Notes: generated by a model not told the origin, from the sequence alone. Shown: positions 1-9,413, counted from the stretch's first letter. The stretch is 50,359 bases of DNA from an uncultured Candidatus Poseidoniales archaeon (GCA_964586945.1 CAZPJQ010000002.1:1-50359); one strand, 5' to 3'. A program made the numbers and translations.

Positions 1-425
1 ATTATGTCGAAGGAACCCCACCCGTCGAAGCCGTTGCTCTGCTTGGCTCGGAGTAGTTCTGTCTGTTGGGTCTGATCGGTATACACTACCAAGTCGCACT
101 TCATGAAGGGCAGATTGAAGCCACGGTGAGCGTATCCTGCCGCCTCCTCCGCTCCGGGTGTGTAGATGTCGTACTGCTGGCCGAATTTGAAGATTGAGCG
201 GATTCGCTGCTTCACCTCCAACTCATTGTTGTCATAGCGTGGGTCTGCGCTCGCTTGCGCCACAGGTGCCGCTGCTGCGACTGGTGCTGCAACCTCTGTA
301 TCTGCGGTGGGCTCGACGGTAGCCTCGGGTGTAGGTGTCGGTGAGTTTTCTGCAGAGGGAGCCTGATCCGCAGGAATCCAATCCGTGCCATTCCAATAGA
401 ATTGTCCATCTTCACTGAAAGTCAT
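1..425 (-). CDS. hypothetical protein, N-terminal part only (ORF runs off the left edge)
   Basis: My own minus-strand translation from ATG (complement of 423-425) gives MTFSEDGQFYWNGTDWIPADQAPSAENSPTPTPEATVEP...GFDGWGSFDI. It stays open to position 1, and is absent from the track probably because no stop lies in the window. No family recognised. Confidence 0.4.
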   Translation of the reverse strand, partial: MTFSEDGQFYWNGTDWIPADQAPSAENSPTPTPEATVEPTADTEVAAPVAAAAPVAQASADPRYDNNELEVKQRIRSIFKFGQQYDIYTPGAEEAAGYAHRGFNLPFMKCDLVVYTDQTQQTELLRAKQSNGFDGWGSFDI

Positions 426-490
426 GTATGTGACTCAAGGTGGCCTCGGCTTTGAATGATTCTCCTAGATAATCAGTGGACCACGCCTCC

Positions 491-856
491 TCACTGAGTA
501 GGGGGTTTGGGTGGTGACTGTGGTGAAATTTCCTCTGTTGGTACTTCAGGCACAGATGGTGGTTGTACCGTTGGGGCGTAGTGATAGACCGCTTCGGGAG
601 TTCGAACTGCGATGGTTCCCGGCTGCTCCGTCCTGTTGGCTATTGACGAGCCGGAGGTGTTCATACCAGCCCCCACGCCCAACACCACGAGACCGAGTAG
701 AAATAGCCCGCAACCTATAGTGAACAGGTAACTGATGTCAAAGTCGGGTGATGTTACCATCAAGCCGACGGACAGTATTAGAACAACGAAACCAAATCCC
801 GCTGATGCGCCGCCTCCGAGCATCAATTGACGGCCTAATTCATTGTCCATTGACAC
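491..856 (-). CDS. small membrane protein with Pro-rich C-terminal tail (hypothetical)
   Basis: 121-aa ORF starting 4 nt after the MMPL stop. Two hydrophobic helices (FGFVVLILSVGLMV, IGCGLFLLGLVVLGVGAG) precede the tail PPSVPEVPTEEISPQSPPKPPTQ. No family recognised. Confidence 0.45.
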   Translation of the reverse strand: MSMDNELGRQLMLGGGASAGFGFVVLILSVGLMVTSPDFDISYLFTIGCGLFLLGLVVLGVGAGMNTSGSSIANRTEQPGTIAVRTPEAVYHYAPTVQPPSVPEVPTEEISPQSPPKPPTQ

Positions 857-859
857 CTG

Positions 860-3130
860 TCACTCCTCACTCGGTTGGGATGGCCCGCCCCCTAACCATC
901 TTGGAGACCACCAGTTTGCTCTTCCCATCAGTCGCATCGCAGCCGGCACCACGAGAGCTCGTACGAGGGTGGCATCGATGAATATGGCGAGCGCGAGACC
1001 GAGCCCAATCGCCTTGATTATCTGAACCTCAGCCAGTACGAATGAGCCGAACACCACGACCATGACTGCTGCTGCACCGGTGATCAGCCGGCCGGTGCGC
1101 TGTAGACCGAGGCTGACCGCAAGCGTGTTGTCGCCGGTCTCCACCCATGTCTCATGGATGCGACTTAGCATCAGAACCTCATAGTCCATCGACAATCCAA
1201 ACACGATGCAGAACAAAATGACGGGTGTGCTAGGATCGACAGGTTGAGGTGTGAAGTTGAGAATATTCTCGAACCCATGACCCTCTTGAAAAACAAAGAC
1301 GAGCATGCCGAAGGACGCTGTGAGGGAGAGTACATTCATCGCTATCGCCTTGAGTGGAATCAACACGCTCCGAACCTGCAAGAAAATCAGAATTGTGGTG
1401 GTGATGAGAATGTAGGCAACCGCTTTGGGGGTCTGACCTACAACCTCCTCGATGACATCGACACCGAGAGCAGCAAAGCCACCCACCTTGCCATCCAAAC
1501 CATCAGAGGCCACCAAGGCACGCACTTCTCGCACGAGTTGTTTGGCCTCCATGCTCCCGGGGTCCCCCCGATATTCGATGTAGAGAATGGCTATTTCCTC
1601 AGTCGAGGTAGTATTGGATATCTCCTGGATTTCAGGCGGCCAGTACTCCTCTGAAAGCGAATAGAGTTGTTGTAGGTCACTGGCGCTCATCGAAGGGCCT
1701 GGATGATGAATTCCCACAACCCTCGTAACGGCTGGCATCTGTTGCACAGTTGCTGCGAAGGCGTGCATCTCGCTGATTGTGCCGTTGTCGAACCTATTCT
1801 CGCCCTCCTCGAAGTTGAAGGCGACGATAATCGAGTTACTGGCATATTCGGCCCACTCATCCTCCTGCACCTCAACGCCTAGGCGGGCCTCATCGTGGGG
1901 GGCCAGGAGTTTCACTCCACCAAGCCCGAGATTGACATTCATGAAGGGGGCGGCAGCCGAGATGAGGAGGATGACAATCGGGATGAGTGTCGCCCATGGG
2001 TGGCGCATCACCCACTCCGCTATGTTCGCCCACATCCCTTCTCCGTCGACCTGGCGCTTCATGCCAAGTGGCACCTTCCAACTGTTGACCCGCTCACCCA
2101 ACAGGGCGAGAATGGCCATTAGGAAGGTAGTAGAGAAAAACACCGCGAGAGCAACCGCAAAAGTACCTCCAATACCAATACTCGGCAATCCTGTGCCTCG
2201 ATAGAAGAGCAATCCCGTAAGCCCGACCGCAACCGTCAGACCGGAGAAGAATACCGCCTTGCCGGCAGTGCCACTGGTCTTGACCAACGCTGCACGGACC
2301 TCAAGGCCATTATCCAGTTCCTCCCGGAACCTGTTTACTATGAACAACGAGTAGTCTATTGAAACGGCGATGCCGACGAGGGAGATGATGTTCATCGCGT
2401 AGGCATTGACATCAGTTTGGTGGCTGAGCCAGTATATGCAACCAATGCCGCTGAGTACGGTTGGAAGAGATATGGCGAGGGGAAGCAGGGCTGCCACCAC
2501 GGATGCGAACACGATGATGAGGATGGCTAGGGTGATGGGAGCGGCAACCTCCTCTGCGTGCCATAGGTCGTTCAGCATTCGGGTGTCGAAAGTCCAATCG
2601 ATAGCTACATCGCCAGTCCGCCAGCACTCCAGTTCACCACAGTCGAGTAGTTCGCTGACCTCAGCATACTCGTTCTTCTCATCGTAGGCCGGGTCAAAAC
2701 GAACGATGACCTTGACATGGCTGCCGTCGTCACTGATTAGTCCGGCGCCCGACGACATCATCTCTTCGGGTACATTCCATGGTGTTGACACATTCTCGAT
2801 GCTCTCGTGCTCAGCGATTTCGCGCATCGCATCATTGACGGCCACCACCAACTCTGGGCTCGATGCGTTCCACTCTTCATGAGTGAATATCACCTCGAAG
2901 ATGCGGCCCCCACTTTGTTCGACTGAGAACGCCTCATCTACCCTCTCCCACGCCTCCATCGACTCCATGTCCTCACCGGTGAAGGTCTCGCCGAAGTTGC
3001 TGCCCATGCCAATCAAGCTTGAGAGGCTGAGGGCGAGCAGAAGCGAGACTGAGATGACCAACCAACGGTGGTCGTAACTGAACCCGCCGAGCCTGCCGAG
3101 CAGGTTCGACTCGGCCGCTGATGCAAGCAT
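860..3130 (-). CDS. MMPL/RND-superfamily membrane transporter
   Basis: Long ORF with two ~6-helix bundles separated by large soluble loops. It carries duplicated MMPL-type signatures (SIDYSLFIVNRFREEL and GLSMDYEVLMLSRIHE). The track start at 3145 is TTG; the first ATG at 3130 gives MLASAAESNLL. Confidence 0.85.
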   Translation of the reverse strand: MLASAAESNLLGRLGGFSYDHRWLVISVSLLLALSLSSLIGMGSNFGETFTGEDMESMEAWERVDEAFSVEQSGGRIFEVIFTHEEWNASSPELVVAVNDAMREIAEHESIENVSTPWNVPEEMMSSGAGLISDDGSHVKVIVRFDPAYDEKNEYAEVSELLDCGELECWRTGDVAIDWTFDTRMLNDLWHAEEVAAPITLAILIIVFASVVAALLPLAISLPTVLSGIGCIYWLSHQTDVNAYAMNIISLVGIAVSIDYSLFIVNRFREELDNGLEVRAALVKTSGTAGKAVFFSGLTVAVGLTGLLFYRGTGLPSIGIGGTFAVALAVFFSTTFLMAILALLGERVNSWKVPLGMKRQVDGEGMWANIAEWVMRHPWATLIPIVILLISAAAPFMNVNLGLGGVKLLAPHDEARLGVEVQEDEWAEYASNSIIVAFNFEEGENRFDNGTISEMHAFAATVQQMPAVTRVVGIHHPGPSMSASDLQQLYSLSEEYWPPEIQEISNTTSTEEIAILYIEYRGDPGSMEAKQLVREVRALVASDGLDGKVGGFAALGVDVIEEVVGQTPKAVAYILITTTILIFLQVRSVLIPLKAIAMNVLSLTASFGMLVFVFQEGHGFENILNFTPQPVDPSTPVILFCIVFGLSMDYEVLMLSRIHETWVETGDNTLAVSLGLQRTGRLITGAAAVMVVVFGSFVLAEVQIIKAIGLGLALAIFIDATLVRALVVPAAMRLMGRANWWSPRWLGGGPSQPSEE

Positions 3131-3281
3131 ATGGTAGGGGCACAAACCGCACTATTTGAGCACTCACTACTCTAAAGTCTGAGGTACGGAGAGCATGCTT
3201 CTTCAGTCACTGTGATGTTTGTGGGTGAGCATGGGTAGGTAGAGGGAGGGTTATCTCCCAGTGGCCGGTGGCGGCGGGTGC

Positions 3282-4316
3282 ATGGAAGAGGTTGTACTAG
3301 TAACCGGGGCGAGCGGTTTCATCGGTAGCCACATCGTCGCTAACCTGCTAGTGAAGGGAAAAACAGTTCGTGCTTCGGTCCGCAACCTTGACGACCCCGA
3401 AAAGGTGGATCATCTGAAGGCACTCCCTGTAGCAGCAGGAGGGTTACTGGAACTGGTGGAGATGGATCTCTTCGACGATGCGGCCGTGAACTCCGCGGTC
3501 GCTGGTTGCAGTGATGTAATCCACGCAGCAGCAGCACTCCACATCGGCAACATGGACAAGCAGAAGGATGTCGTTGACCCCTCTCTCATCGGCACTCAGA
3601 ACATCTGTGATGCAATCGACTCTGCTGGCACCGTCAAGCGGCTCGTACACACCTCCTCGACCGCAGCGATCCGCACGACCCACTACGATGACGGACAGGT
3701 ATTCACCGCCGAGATGTGGGCTGACGACAAGCCCCTGACGCTCGGGGACAACGCCTACGGCCTCGCAAAGACGGGAGCGGAGCGTCTCGTTCGGAAATGG
3801 CACTCAAACTCCGACCCGGCAACCCGCCCCCGACTCGTCACGATTCACCCTTGTGTCGTGTTCGGCCCCCCACTCACCAAACGCCACCTCTCGGGCAGCC
3901 TCTCCTATGTCGAAGCCCTCGTTAAACGGACACTTCCAAAGTCGCTACCCGTTCACATAAACATCGTCGATGTCAGGGATGTTGCCGAAGCTCATGTCAG
4001 AGCACTTTCCGGTGGTGCGGAGGAAGGTAGGTACCTAGTGGTAGGCGGCGACATGTGGATGGTCGATTTGGCGAATGTCCTACGCGATGGGCACCCCGAG
4101 AGAAAGTGGCCAAAGGGGGTGCTTCCATACTGGATATGTCTCATCGCCGCGGTATTCCACCCCAAGATGAGTCTGAAGTGGGCGCGCAACCATTTGAGGA
4201 AGAGTTGCACCTTCGATGCAAGACCGGCTCAGCGGGAGTTAGAGATGACTTTTCGGAGCCCAGCGGAGGCGGCAATAGACAGTGTCCCTCCAATGGTTCA
4301 GAACGGGTGGGTCTGA
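3282..4316 (+). CDS. NAD(P)-dependent epimerase/dehydratase-family SDR (aldehyde / cinnamoyl-CoA / dihydroflavonol reductase-like)
   Basis: Rossmann motif VLVTGASGFIGSHIV, then TVRASVRNLDDPEKVDHL (typical of this extended-SDR subgroup), and a YxxxK catalytic pair (YGLAK). The track start at 3261 is GTG; the ATG at 3282 gives MEEVVLVTGASG. Confidence 0.85.
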   Translation: MEEVVLVTGASGFIGSHIVANLLVKGKTVRASVRNLDDPEKVDHLKALPVAAGGLLELVEMDLFDDAAVNSAVAGCSDVIHAAAALHIGNMDKQKDVVDPSLIGTQNICDAIDSAGTVKRLVHTSSTAAIRTTHYDDGQVFTAEMWADDKPLTLGDNAYGLAKTGAERLVRKWHSNSDPATRPRLVTIHPCVVFGPPLTKRHLSGSLSYVEALVKRTLPKSLPVHINIVDVRDVAEAHVRALSGGAEEGRYLVVGGDMWMVDLANVLRDGHPERKWPKGVLPYWICLIAAVFHPKMSLKWARNHLRKSCTFDARPAQRELEMTFRSPAEAAIDSVPPMVQNGWV

Positions 4317-4355
4317 GCGAAGGATTGAGGGATGGCTGCTCGCCCGGTGAGGTGA

Positions 4356-5156
4356 ATGCAGCCCGAGGAAGTATGGGGAACCCGTTGGACGGCGGCTTCT
4401 GACCCTCTTGCTCGTCGTTGGATGACAACTGTCGTCAACAAGCAGAGCATGGTGGTGCTCGCGGCTGACCGACAGACGATGGCTGGACTCAACGAACTTC
4501 TCGATGAAGTTGCACCATATGTCTCGGCACTCAAGACTCATGTCGACCTTGTCGAGGATTGGACCCCAGAGGCTTGGGCTGACTTCTGCGCCCGTGCGAA
4601 AGCAGAAGACATGCTGATTTTCGAGGATAGGAAACATGGCGACATAGGGAAGATCGCCCGGGACCAGATGGGTGGCGTCTATGACTCCCGCTCATGGTCT
4701 GACCTGATGACTGCTCACCTAATCTCGGGCCCGTCCGTACTCGATGGCATGGCTGATGGGTGGCTGAGCGTAGGTCGAACTGGTGGTGTTCTGCTTCTCG
4801 CCCAAATGAGTTCGGCGGGGAATCTTCTCGAAATACCAGGTTACACTGATGCCGTGGTTGCTGCAGGAAAAGGGCACCCCGCCTGCTTCGGCTTCATAGG
4901 CAACGGTTCGCGGGCGAACGAGTTGGCCGAACTACGAGGGAAGGTCGGAGATGGAAAGATGATTTGGACGCCGGGAGTAAATATTGTCACCGGGGATGCT
5001 GAGTTGGGTCAGCGCTACGGCGACCCTCGCGAGGCGGTTTTGGTGGGCTCGGACGGAATCATCGTCGGAAGTGGGATCCACAGGGCTGACGACCCCTCGA
5101 CCGCAGCCAAGCAGTACGCTGAAGTCTCATGGGATGCGCTTCTCGAGCGGGTATAA
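4356..5156 (+). CDS. pyrF: orotidine 5'-phosphate decarboxylase, URA3 (eukaryote-like) type
   Basis: Motifs LKTHVDLVEDW and LIFEDRKHGDIG resemble yeast THVDILTDF and LLFEDRKFADIG. The C-terminus GDAELGQRYGDPREAVLVGSDGIIVGSGI resembles GDALGQQYRTVDDVV..SDIIIVGRGL. Confidence 0.85.
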   Translation: MQPEEVWGTRWTAASDPLARRWMTTVVNKQSMVVLAADRQTMAGLNELLDEVAPYVSALKTHVDLVEDWTPEAWADFCARAKAEDMLIFEDRKHGDIGKIARDQMGGVYDSRSWSDLMTAHLISGPSVLDGMADGWLSVGRTGGVLLLAQMSSAGNLLEIPGYTDAVVAAGKGHPACFGFIGNGSRANELAELRGKVGDGKMIWTPGVNIVTGDAELGQRYGDPREAVLVGSDGIIVGSGIHRADDPSTAAKQYAEVSWDALLERV

Positions 5157-5201
5157 AACTGGTGACCAAAACTTGAGGGGCGACGCCCCTCTCCCGTTAC
5201 T

Positions 5202-5564
5202 GTGACTGAAGCTGAGTTCATCCTCTGGCTGTTCGCAGCCGCGTTGACGGTTGGTCTTGTCACACTCGCCGCTTGGCAAGTCTGGATACACAGACGGCTC
5301 GATGAGCGAATTGCTGCCTGTGACCCCTCACTGCTCAGCAGCGTCTCACACAAGGTCGAGACCACGACCGATGCGCCTCCCGGCTCGGCAATCATGCCGT
5401 ACGTCCCGGTTCAGATGGTCCCGATAGCAGCTCTCGGTGCCCCTCAGACTGAGCAGCCGGGTACTCCTATTCTTCAGCAACCAACCACCCAAAGAGCGGC
5501 TCTGCCGGCACCATCTACAGAAGGAGAGAGTGGGGGAAATGGGTTGGGATTCTCAGATGGGTAG
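5202..5564 (+). CDS. small membrane protein, hypothetical
   Basis: GTG-start ORF with one N-terminal TM helix (FILWLFAAALTVGLVTLAAWQVWI) and a Pro/Gln/Thr-rich tail. Its 3' end overlaps the convergent receiver gene by 12 nt. Coding status is not certain. Confidence 0.35.
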   Translation: MTEAEFILWLFAAALTVGLVTLAAWQVWIHRRLDERIAACDPSLLSSVSHKVETTTDAPPGSAIMPYVPVQMVPIAALGAPQTEQPGTPILQQPTTQRAALPAPSTEGESGGNGLGFSDG

Positions 5565-6188
5565 GTAACCCATCGTGTAGAGCCCGTAACCTATTGCTCC
5601 GAGCGCCCCGACAAACAGCAACATCGCGAGGAAGAGGAGACCGCGGCCCTTCTTCCGCCGTTTGGGGGGTGGGCCGAGTGCTGGTAACGCAGAGGGTGGC
5701 GGTGGTAGAGGAAGGTCGCCAAGATCGATTTCAACTTCCTCCTCCAATTCAGGGTAGAGTTTGTCCAAGTCCGCCAAGCCAGGTGCCTCGGGAATATCAC
5801 CCTCGATGGCCTCCCAGACTGCCTCCACGGCCGACCTGCTTACTGGCTTCTCCAGTACTGCAACCGCACCTGCGCTGAATGCCGCATCTCGTGCCAATTC
5901 CGCCTGGCTTCGTGGAGCGGTGAAAATTATCCTTGCATCATTGCGGGACTCTCGCATCTCCAAGGCAGCGATATGGCCGTCAAGGGTTGGAATGTCCAAG
6001 GAGATGAACACCAAATCTGGCTTCTCGGTGACAAACAGGTCGACTGCCGCATCACCATCTTCACACTCGAGGACTCGGTAGCCACGCTGCCGCAATATGC
6101 CGTTCATTCGGTGGATGGCCATCTGATTATTGTCGACGAGCAGAGCGACTGGCGCTTCGTCGTCAGTAACCTCTCCAACACGGACCAT
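5553..6188 (-). CDS. CheY-like receiver-domain protein with Pro-rich linker and C-terminal TM anchor
   Basis: Receiver motifs: ALLVDNN, the phospho-acceptor context DLVFISLDIPTLDG, IIFTAP and LEKP. These are followed by LPLPPPPSALPALGPPPKRRKKGRG and the TM helix LLFLAMLLFVGALGAIGYGLY. I chose the ATG at 6188 because GGAGGGGA lies just upstream; the track start at 6218 is GTG. Confidence 0.75.
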   Translation of the reverse strand: MVRVGEVTDDEAPVALLVDNNQMAIHRMNGILRQRGYRVLECEDGDAAVDLFVTEKPDLVFISLDIPTLDGHIAALEMRESRNDARIIFTAPRSQAELARDAAFSAGAVAVLEKPVSRSAVEAVWEAIEGDIPEAPGLADLDKLYPELEEEVEIDLGDLPLPPPPSALPALGPPPKRRKKGRGLLFLAMLLFVGALGAIGYGLYTMGYLPI

Positions 6189-6282
6189 GGCTCCCCTCCA
6201 ACTCCATCCAACCTGCACCCGCTCATCAATCGAGCGGTGTGTGGGAGAGAGGCGTCGGCCGGTGCAGAACGGTAGTGGGTGC

Positions 6283-6657
6283 TTACTCCTCTGAATCGTC
6301 GACCACCGTGTCTACAGGCGCGGTTGCGGGCTCGGTGAAGGTCTGCTTGAGCTCCTCGGCGTCCTTCTCCTCAGTCTCCATCTTGGCCGTCTCGCGCGGT
6401 GCTTGGACGAACTTCATGCGGAGTTCCGTGACGATTCCCAGGAGGAACTTGGACTCCATCTCCTCGAGGTTCCCCTCCGTTCTCTTCTGTAGGACTGAGA
6501 CCAAGTCTATGGCCGCCTTCGCCTCGGCGAGATTGACGCTGAACTTCCCCTCTTGGTCGGGTAACTGACCCATAGCAACCATCGCCGAGCGCTGTAGCAT
6601 CTGGACTAGGCCGAAGAACTGCTGGCTCTCCTCGCTCTGTAGGAATTCATCAGTCAT
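6283..6657 (-). CDS. DUF1844-like small acidic protein
   Basis: FFGLVQMLQRSAMVAMGQLPDQEGKFSVNLAEAKAAIDLVSVLQKRTEGNLEEMESKFLLGIVTELRMKFVQ matches the DUF1844 pattern as I remember it (F..L...L...A...LG......dL..AK..IDLL..L..KT.GNL..EE..LL...L..LR..YV). Its start ATG overlaps the ftsY stop (ATGA). Confidence 0.6.
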   Translation of the reverse strand: MTDEFLQSEESQQFFGLVQMLQRSAMVAMGQLPDQEGKFSVNLAEAKAAIDLVSVLQKRTEGNLEEMESKFLLGIVTELRMKFVQAPRETAKMETEEKDAEELKQTFTEPATAPVDTVVDDSEE

Positions 6658-8099
6658 GAGAACACCTCATCGATGAGCCAATCGGGGTCGAATTGCTTGA
6701 GGTCATCATAGCCCTGGCCGATGCCGGCGAGCACGATTGGGCGGTTCGTAGCATGGGAAATTGATAGGGCGGCACCCCCCTTGGCGTCGGTGTCGAGCTT
6801 GCACAGGACAGCGCCGTCGAACTTCAGCATCCTCTGGAACTCGACCGCTTGGTCAACTGCGTCGTTTCCAGCCAATGCGTCGCCCACGAAGAGAACGAGA
6901 TGCGGTTTTGTCACTCTGTGGACCTTTCTCAATTCCTCCATCAAGTTCGCCTTGTTCTGCATCCTGCCTGCTGTGTCAATTATCACGACATCCATTCGGC
7001 GTGCCTTCGCGTGCTCGATGGCATCTCTGGCAATCGCTGCAGAATCGCCCCCTCGCTGACTGCTGATGCAACGAATGTCGAGACGCTCCGCGTGGGTCTC
7101 CAACTGGTCGATTGCTCCGGCCCGGAAGGTGTCTGATGCGGCAAGCACAACTCGGCGGCCCTTCTTCTTCAGTCGGTGGGCGATCTTCGCAGTGGTCGTC
7201 GTCTTTCCAGTTCCGTTGACCCCTACCATCATGATGATGACGGGCAGGTCGCCCGCTTCTATCAGCCCCTCGACCGTAGCGTCGAAGTCCCAGTAACCTA
7301 TGTTCAGGAGTGTGCGAATAGCTCTCTTGAGTGATGCTTCCACGACCTTTGACAGGTCTGCGCCCCTGCGAAGTCTGCTGCCCACGAGTTCACTCCGTAG
7401 TGCGGTTATCACCTCATCGATGCTCGCTCGGCCCATGTCTGACTCGAGCATAACAAGTTCAAGCTCTTCGAGTAGATGGTCCAAGGCATTTCCTTCCTTG
7501 ATGACTCGACCGCCCTTGGTGACGACCCCTCCTCCAAGGTCGATCTCTAGGCTCTTGCCTGTCTCAGTTTCTACTTCGGACGGCCCGCTAGAGCCGCGCG
7601 GTGCGCTCTTCACCTCGACGAGCTTCCTTCCTGTGGTCGAACGCATGATGTGAAGATCCACCTTTGAGCCGTCAGGGCGTACTTCTTGATCGATGTCAAA
7701 GCCGGCCTTCTTCAGCCGCTTTCGCTCCTTCTCGGCTTCGCGGCGCTCTCTTTCGAGCCGCTTCCGCTCCTTCTTCTCGAGTGATGGGTCGATTGGTGCC
7801 TCGACCGGTTCGTCGTCCCAGTCCTCCCACTCCTCCTCGGCTTCGGTGGTCTCCTCTATCGCATCGAGTTCGGTGAGGTCTTCCCAATCATCATCGGAGG
7901 ATTCGGAATCTGTATCGCCTTCTATTGCATCATTTGCTTCTGCTTCTGCTTCGGCCGCCACCCGTTCCGCTTCGATTCGCTCCTTCTCGGCCAACGCCAC
8001 TGCTGCCTCATCGGTGTCCTCCTCCGCGGTCAACTCCTCAAGGTCGGCCCCCTCGGCTACCTCGGTGACCCGCTTGCGAAACCTGTCAAAGAATCCCAT
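6654..8099 (-). CDS. ftsY: signal recognition particle receptor FtsY
   Basis: Long acidic/charged N-terminal domain followed by an NG domain: VIIMMVGVNGTGKTTTTAKIA, AASDTFRAGAIDQL, VVIIDTAGR, LCKLDTDAKGG. I used the ATG at 8099 (GAGGT lies upstream); the track start at 8105 is TTG. Confidence 0.95.
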   Translation of the reverse strand: MGFFDRFRKRVTEVAEGADLEELTAEEDTDEAAVALAEKERIEAERVAAEAEAEANDAIEGDTDSESSDDDWEDLTELDAIEETTEAEEEWEDWDDEPVEAPIDPSLEKKERKRLERERREAEKERKRLKKAGFDIDQEVRPDGSKVDLHIMRSTTGRKLVEVKSAPRGSSGPSEVETETGKSLEIDLGGGVVTKGGRVIKEGNALDHLLEELELVMLESDMGRASIDEVITALRSELVGSRLRRGADLSKVVEASLKRAIRTLLNIGYWDFDATVEGLIEAGDLPVIIMMVGVNGTGKTTTTAKIAHRLKKKGRRVVLAASDTFRAGAIDQLETHAERLDIRCISSQRGGDSAAIARDAIEHAKARRMDVVIIDTAGRMQNKANLMEELRKVHRVTKPHLVLFVGDALAGNDAVDQAVEFQRMLKFDGAVLCKLDTDAKGGAALSISHATNRPIVLAGIGQGYDDLKQFDPDWLIDEVFS

Positions 8100-8108
8100 G
8101 CTCAAACC

Positions 8109-8666
8109 TCAGTCATCGAGTGTCAGTTCACCGCCGATTGAACGGCGTCTCTTCTTTTGAGTGGAACTTGATTTGTCCTCCACCTCTTCATCGGATTCAT
8201 CCTGCTTGGCTACTGCCTGAAGTTGTGCGACCCCTTGGTTGAAGGTTTGTGCGAGTTCTGCCACTTGGCCCTCGGTCTCGTCAAACTCGGCTTGAAGTGT
8301 GTCGACGAGTTGTACGATGTCGGCTGCCCTCTTTTCCAGCATCGTGATCGCTTCTGTAATCGGGCGCTCAGCTTGAATCCCAGAACCAATGTCCATCACG
8401 ACTCCGCCATCCTCCGGCCTGTCAACGACCAACTGGATGCCCGCGCCGAGTGGGACCATCGTCTTGGCGCCGTCATTCTCTGAGAGTGCCTTCAAGCCGA
8501 CGAGTACCTCTCGGTGATCGTCAACGGCAGCGTTCAATCGCTGAATCTGCTCACCTAGACGCTCCAACTTCTGGCGGTTCAACTCGACGAGTTGTGCCAT
8601 CTGCTGGAGTTCGCCGCCGTCTACCATGTCCTCACCGCAAACCGCCACGGGGTGCCGCCCTGTCAT
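8109..8666 (-). CDS. pfdA: prefoldin alpha subunit with charged C-terminal extension
   Basis: Coiled coil, beta hairpins, coiled coil layout (QQMAQLVELNRQKLERLGEQIQRLN ... KTMVPLGAGIQLVVDRP ... LEKRAADIVQLVDTLQAEF). It lies directly upstream of ftsY, as in the conserved archaeal pfdA-ftsY pair. An alternative start at 8627 is possible. Confidence 0.8.
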   Translation of the reverse strand: MTGRHPVAVCGEDMVDGGELQQMAQLVELNRQKLERLGEQIQRLNAAVDDHREVLVGLKALSENDGAKTMVPLGAGIQLVVDRPEDGGVVMDIGSGIQAERPITEAITMLEKRAADIVQLVDTLQAEFDETEGQVAELAQTFNQGVAQLQAVAKQDESDEEVEDKSSSTQKKRRRSIGGELTLDD

Positions 8667-8768
8667 GAAGCCGTCGATATGGAGGATTTGAATGGATTAG
8701 AATACGGTAGGCTAAAACACACACTCTACGGGCCTCGGAGCAGTGCGGTTGCAAATTGAGGATATCAG

Positions 8769-9413
8769 ATGATGGGGCGATTCAAGAGAGCGTATCTCAG
8801 ATTCCGCTATCGGAACAGCCCATTCCCTGGGTCTGCAGAATATTGGGAAAGAAGGTACGCCACCGGGGGCACCTCTGGAGATGGTTCCTATGGTGAATTG
8901 GCTAAGTTCAAGGCGAAGGTCATCAACGACTTCGTCACTAACCAGAGGGTTGGTGGTGTGATAGAACTCGGTTGTGGTGATGGAAATCAACTAAGCTTGT
9001 TGAAAATCCCACGGTACCTTGGATTGGATGTTTCAGAAACCGCTGTCGAAATTTGTGAAAAGATATTTAGCGGGGATGAGACAAAAACATTCAGGCATTA
9101 TTCTCCTAGTGACTATGAGGGTGAATCACTAGCTGAACTTGCGTTGTCGCTTGATATCATCTTCCATCTTGTGGAAGATGAGATTTTTCACACCTACATG
9201 ACACATCTCTTCCAAATGGCTAGTGATTGGGTCATCATTTACTCAAGCGACTCGGAAGAGCCGTTTGGTGACGGTACCGTACATTGTCGAAATAGGAAAT
9301 TCACAAGTTGGGTTGAAGATAATGTGAATGGGTGGGAATTCGACGAAAAGATAGACAACATCTATCCTGATCAATCGGTAGCAGACTTCTACATCTACAA
9401 GAAGAGGGCGTGA
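8769..9413 (+). CDS. class I SAM-dependent methyltransferase
   Basis: Motif I VIELGCGDGNQLSLL followed by LGLDVSETAV. The gene is visibly AT-richer than its flanks. Confidence 0.75.
   Translation: MMGRFKRAYLRFRYRNSPFPGSAEYWERRYATGGTSGDGSYGELAKFKAKVINDFVTNQRVGGVIELGCGDGNQLSLLKIPRYLGLDVSETAVEICEKIFSGDETKTFRHYSPSDYEGESLAELALSLDIIFHLVEDEIFHTYMTHLFQMASDWVIIYSSDSEEPFGDGTVHCRNRKFTSWVEDNVNGWEFDEKIDNIYPDQSVADFYIYKKRA

Noticed and set aside
7693-8160. 155-aa Ser-rich ORF on the + strand (and several others at 6721-7876) opposite ftsY
   Set aside because: These are antisense shadows of the acidic, GA-rich FtsY A-domain and NG domain. The sequences are low-complexity Ser/Arg with no motifs, and ftsY on the other strand is unambiguous.
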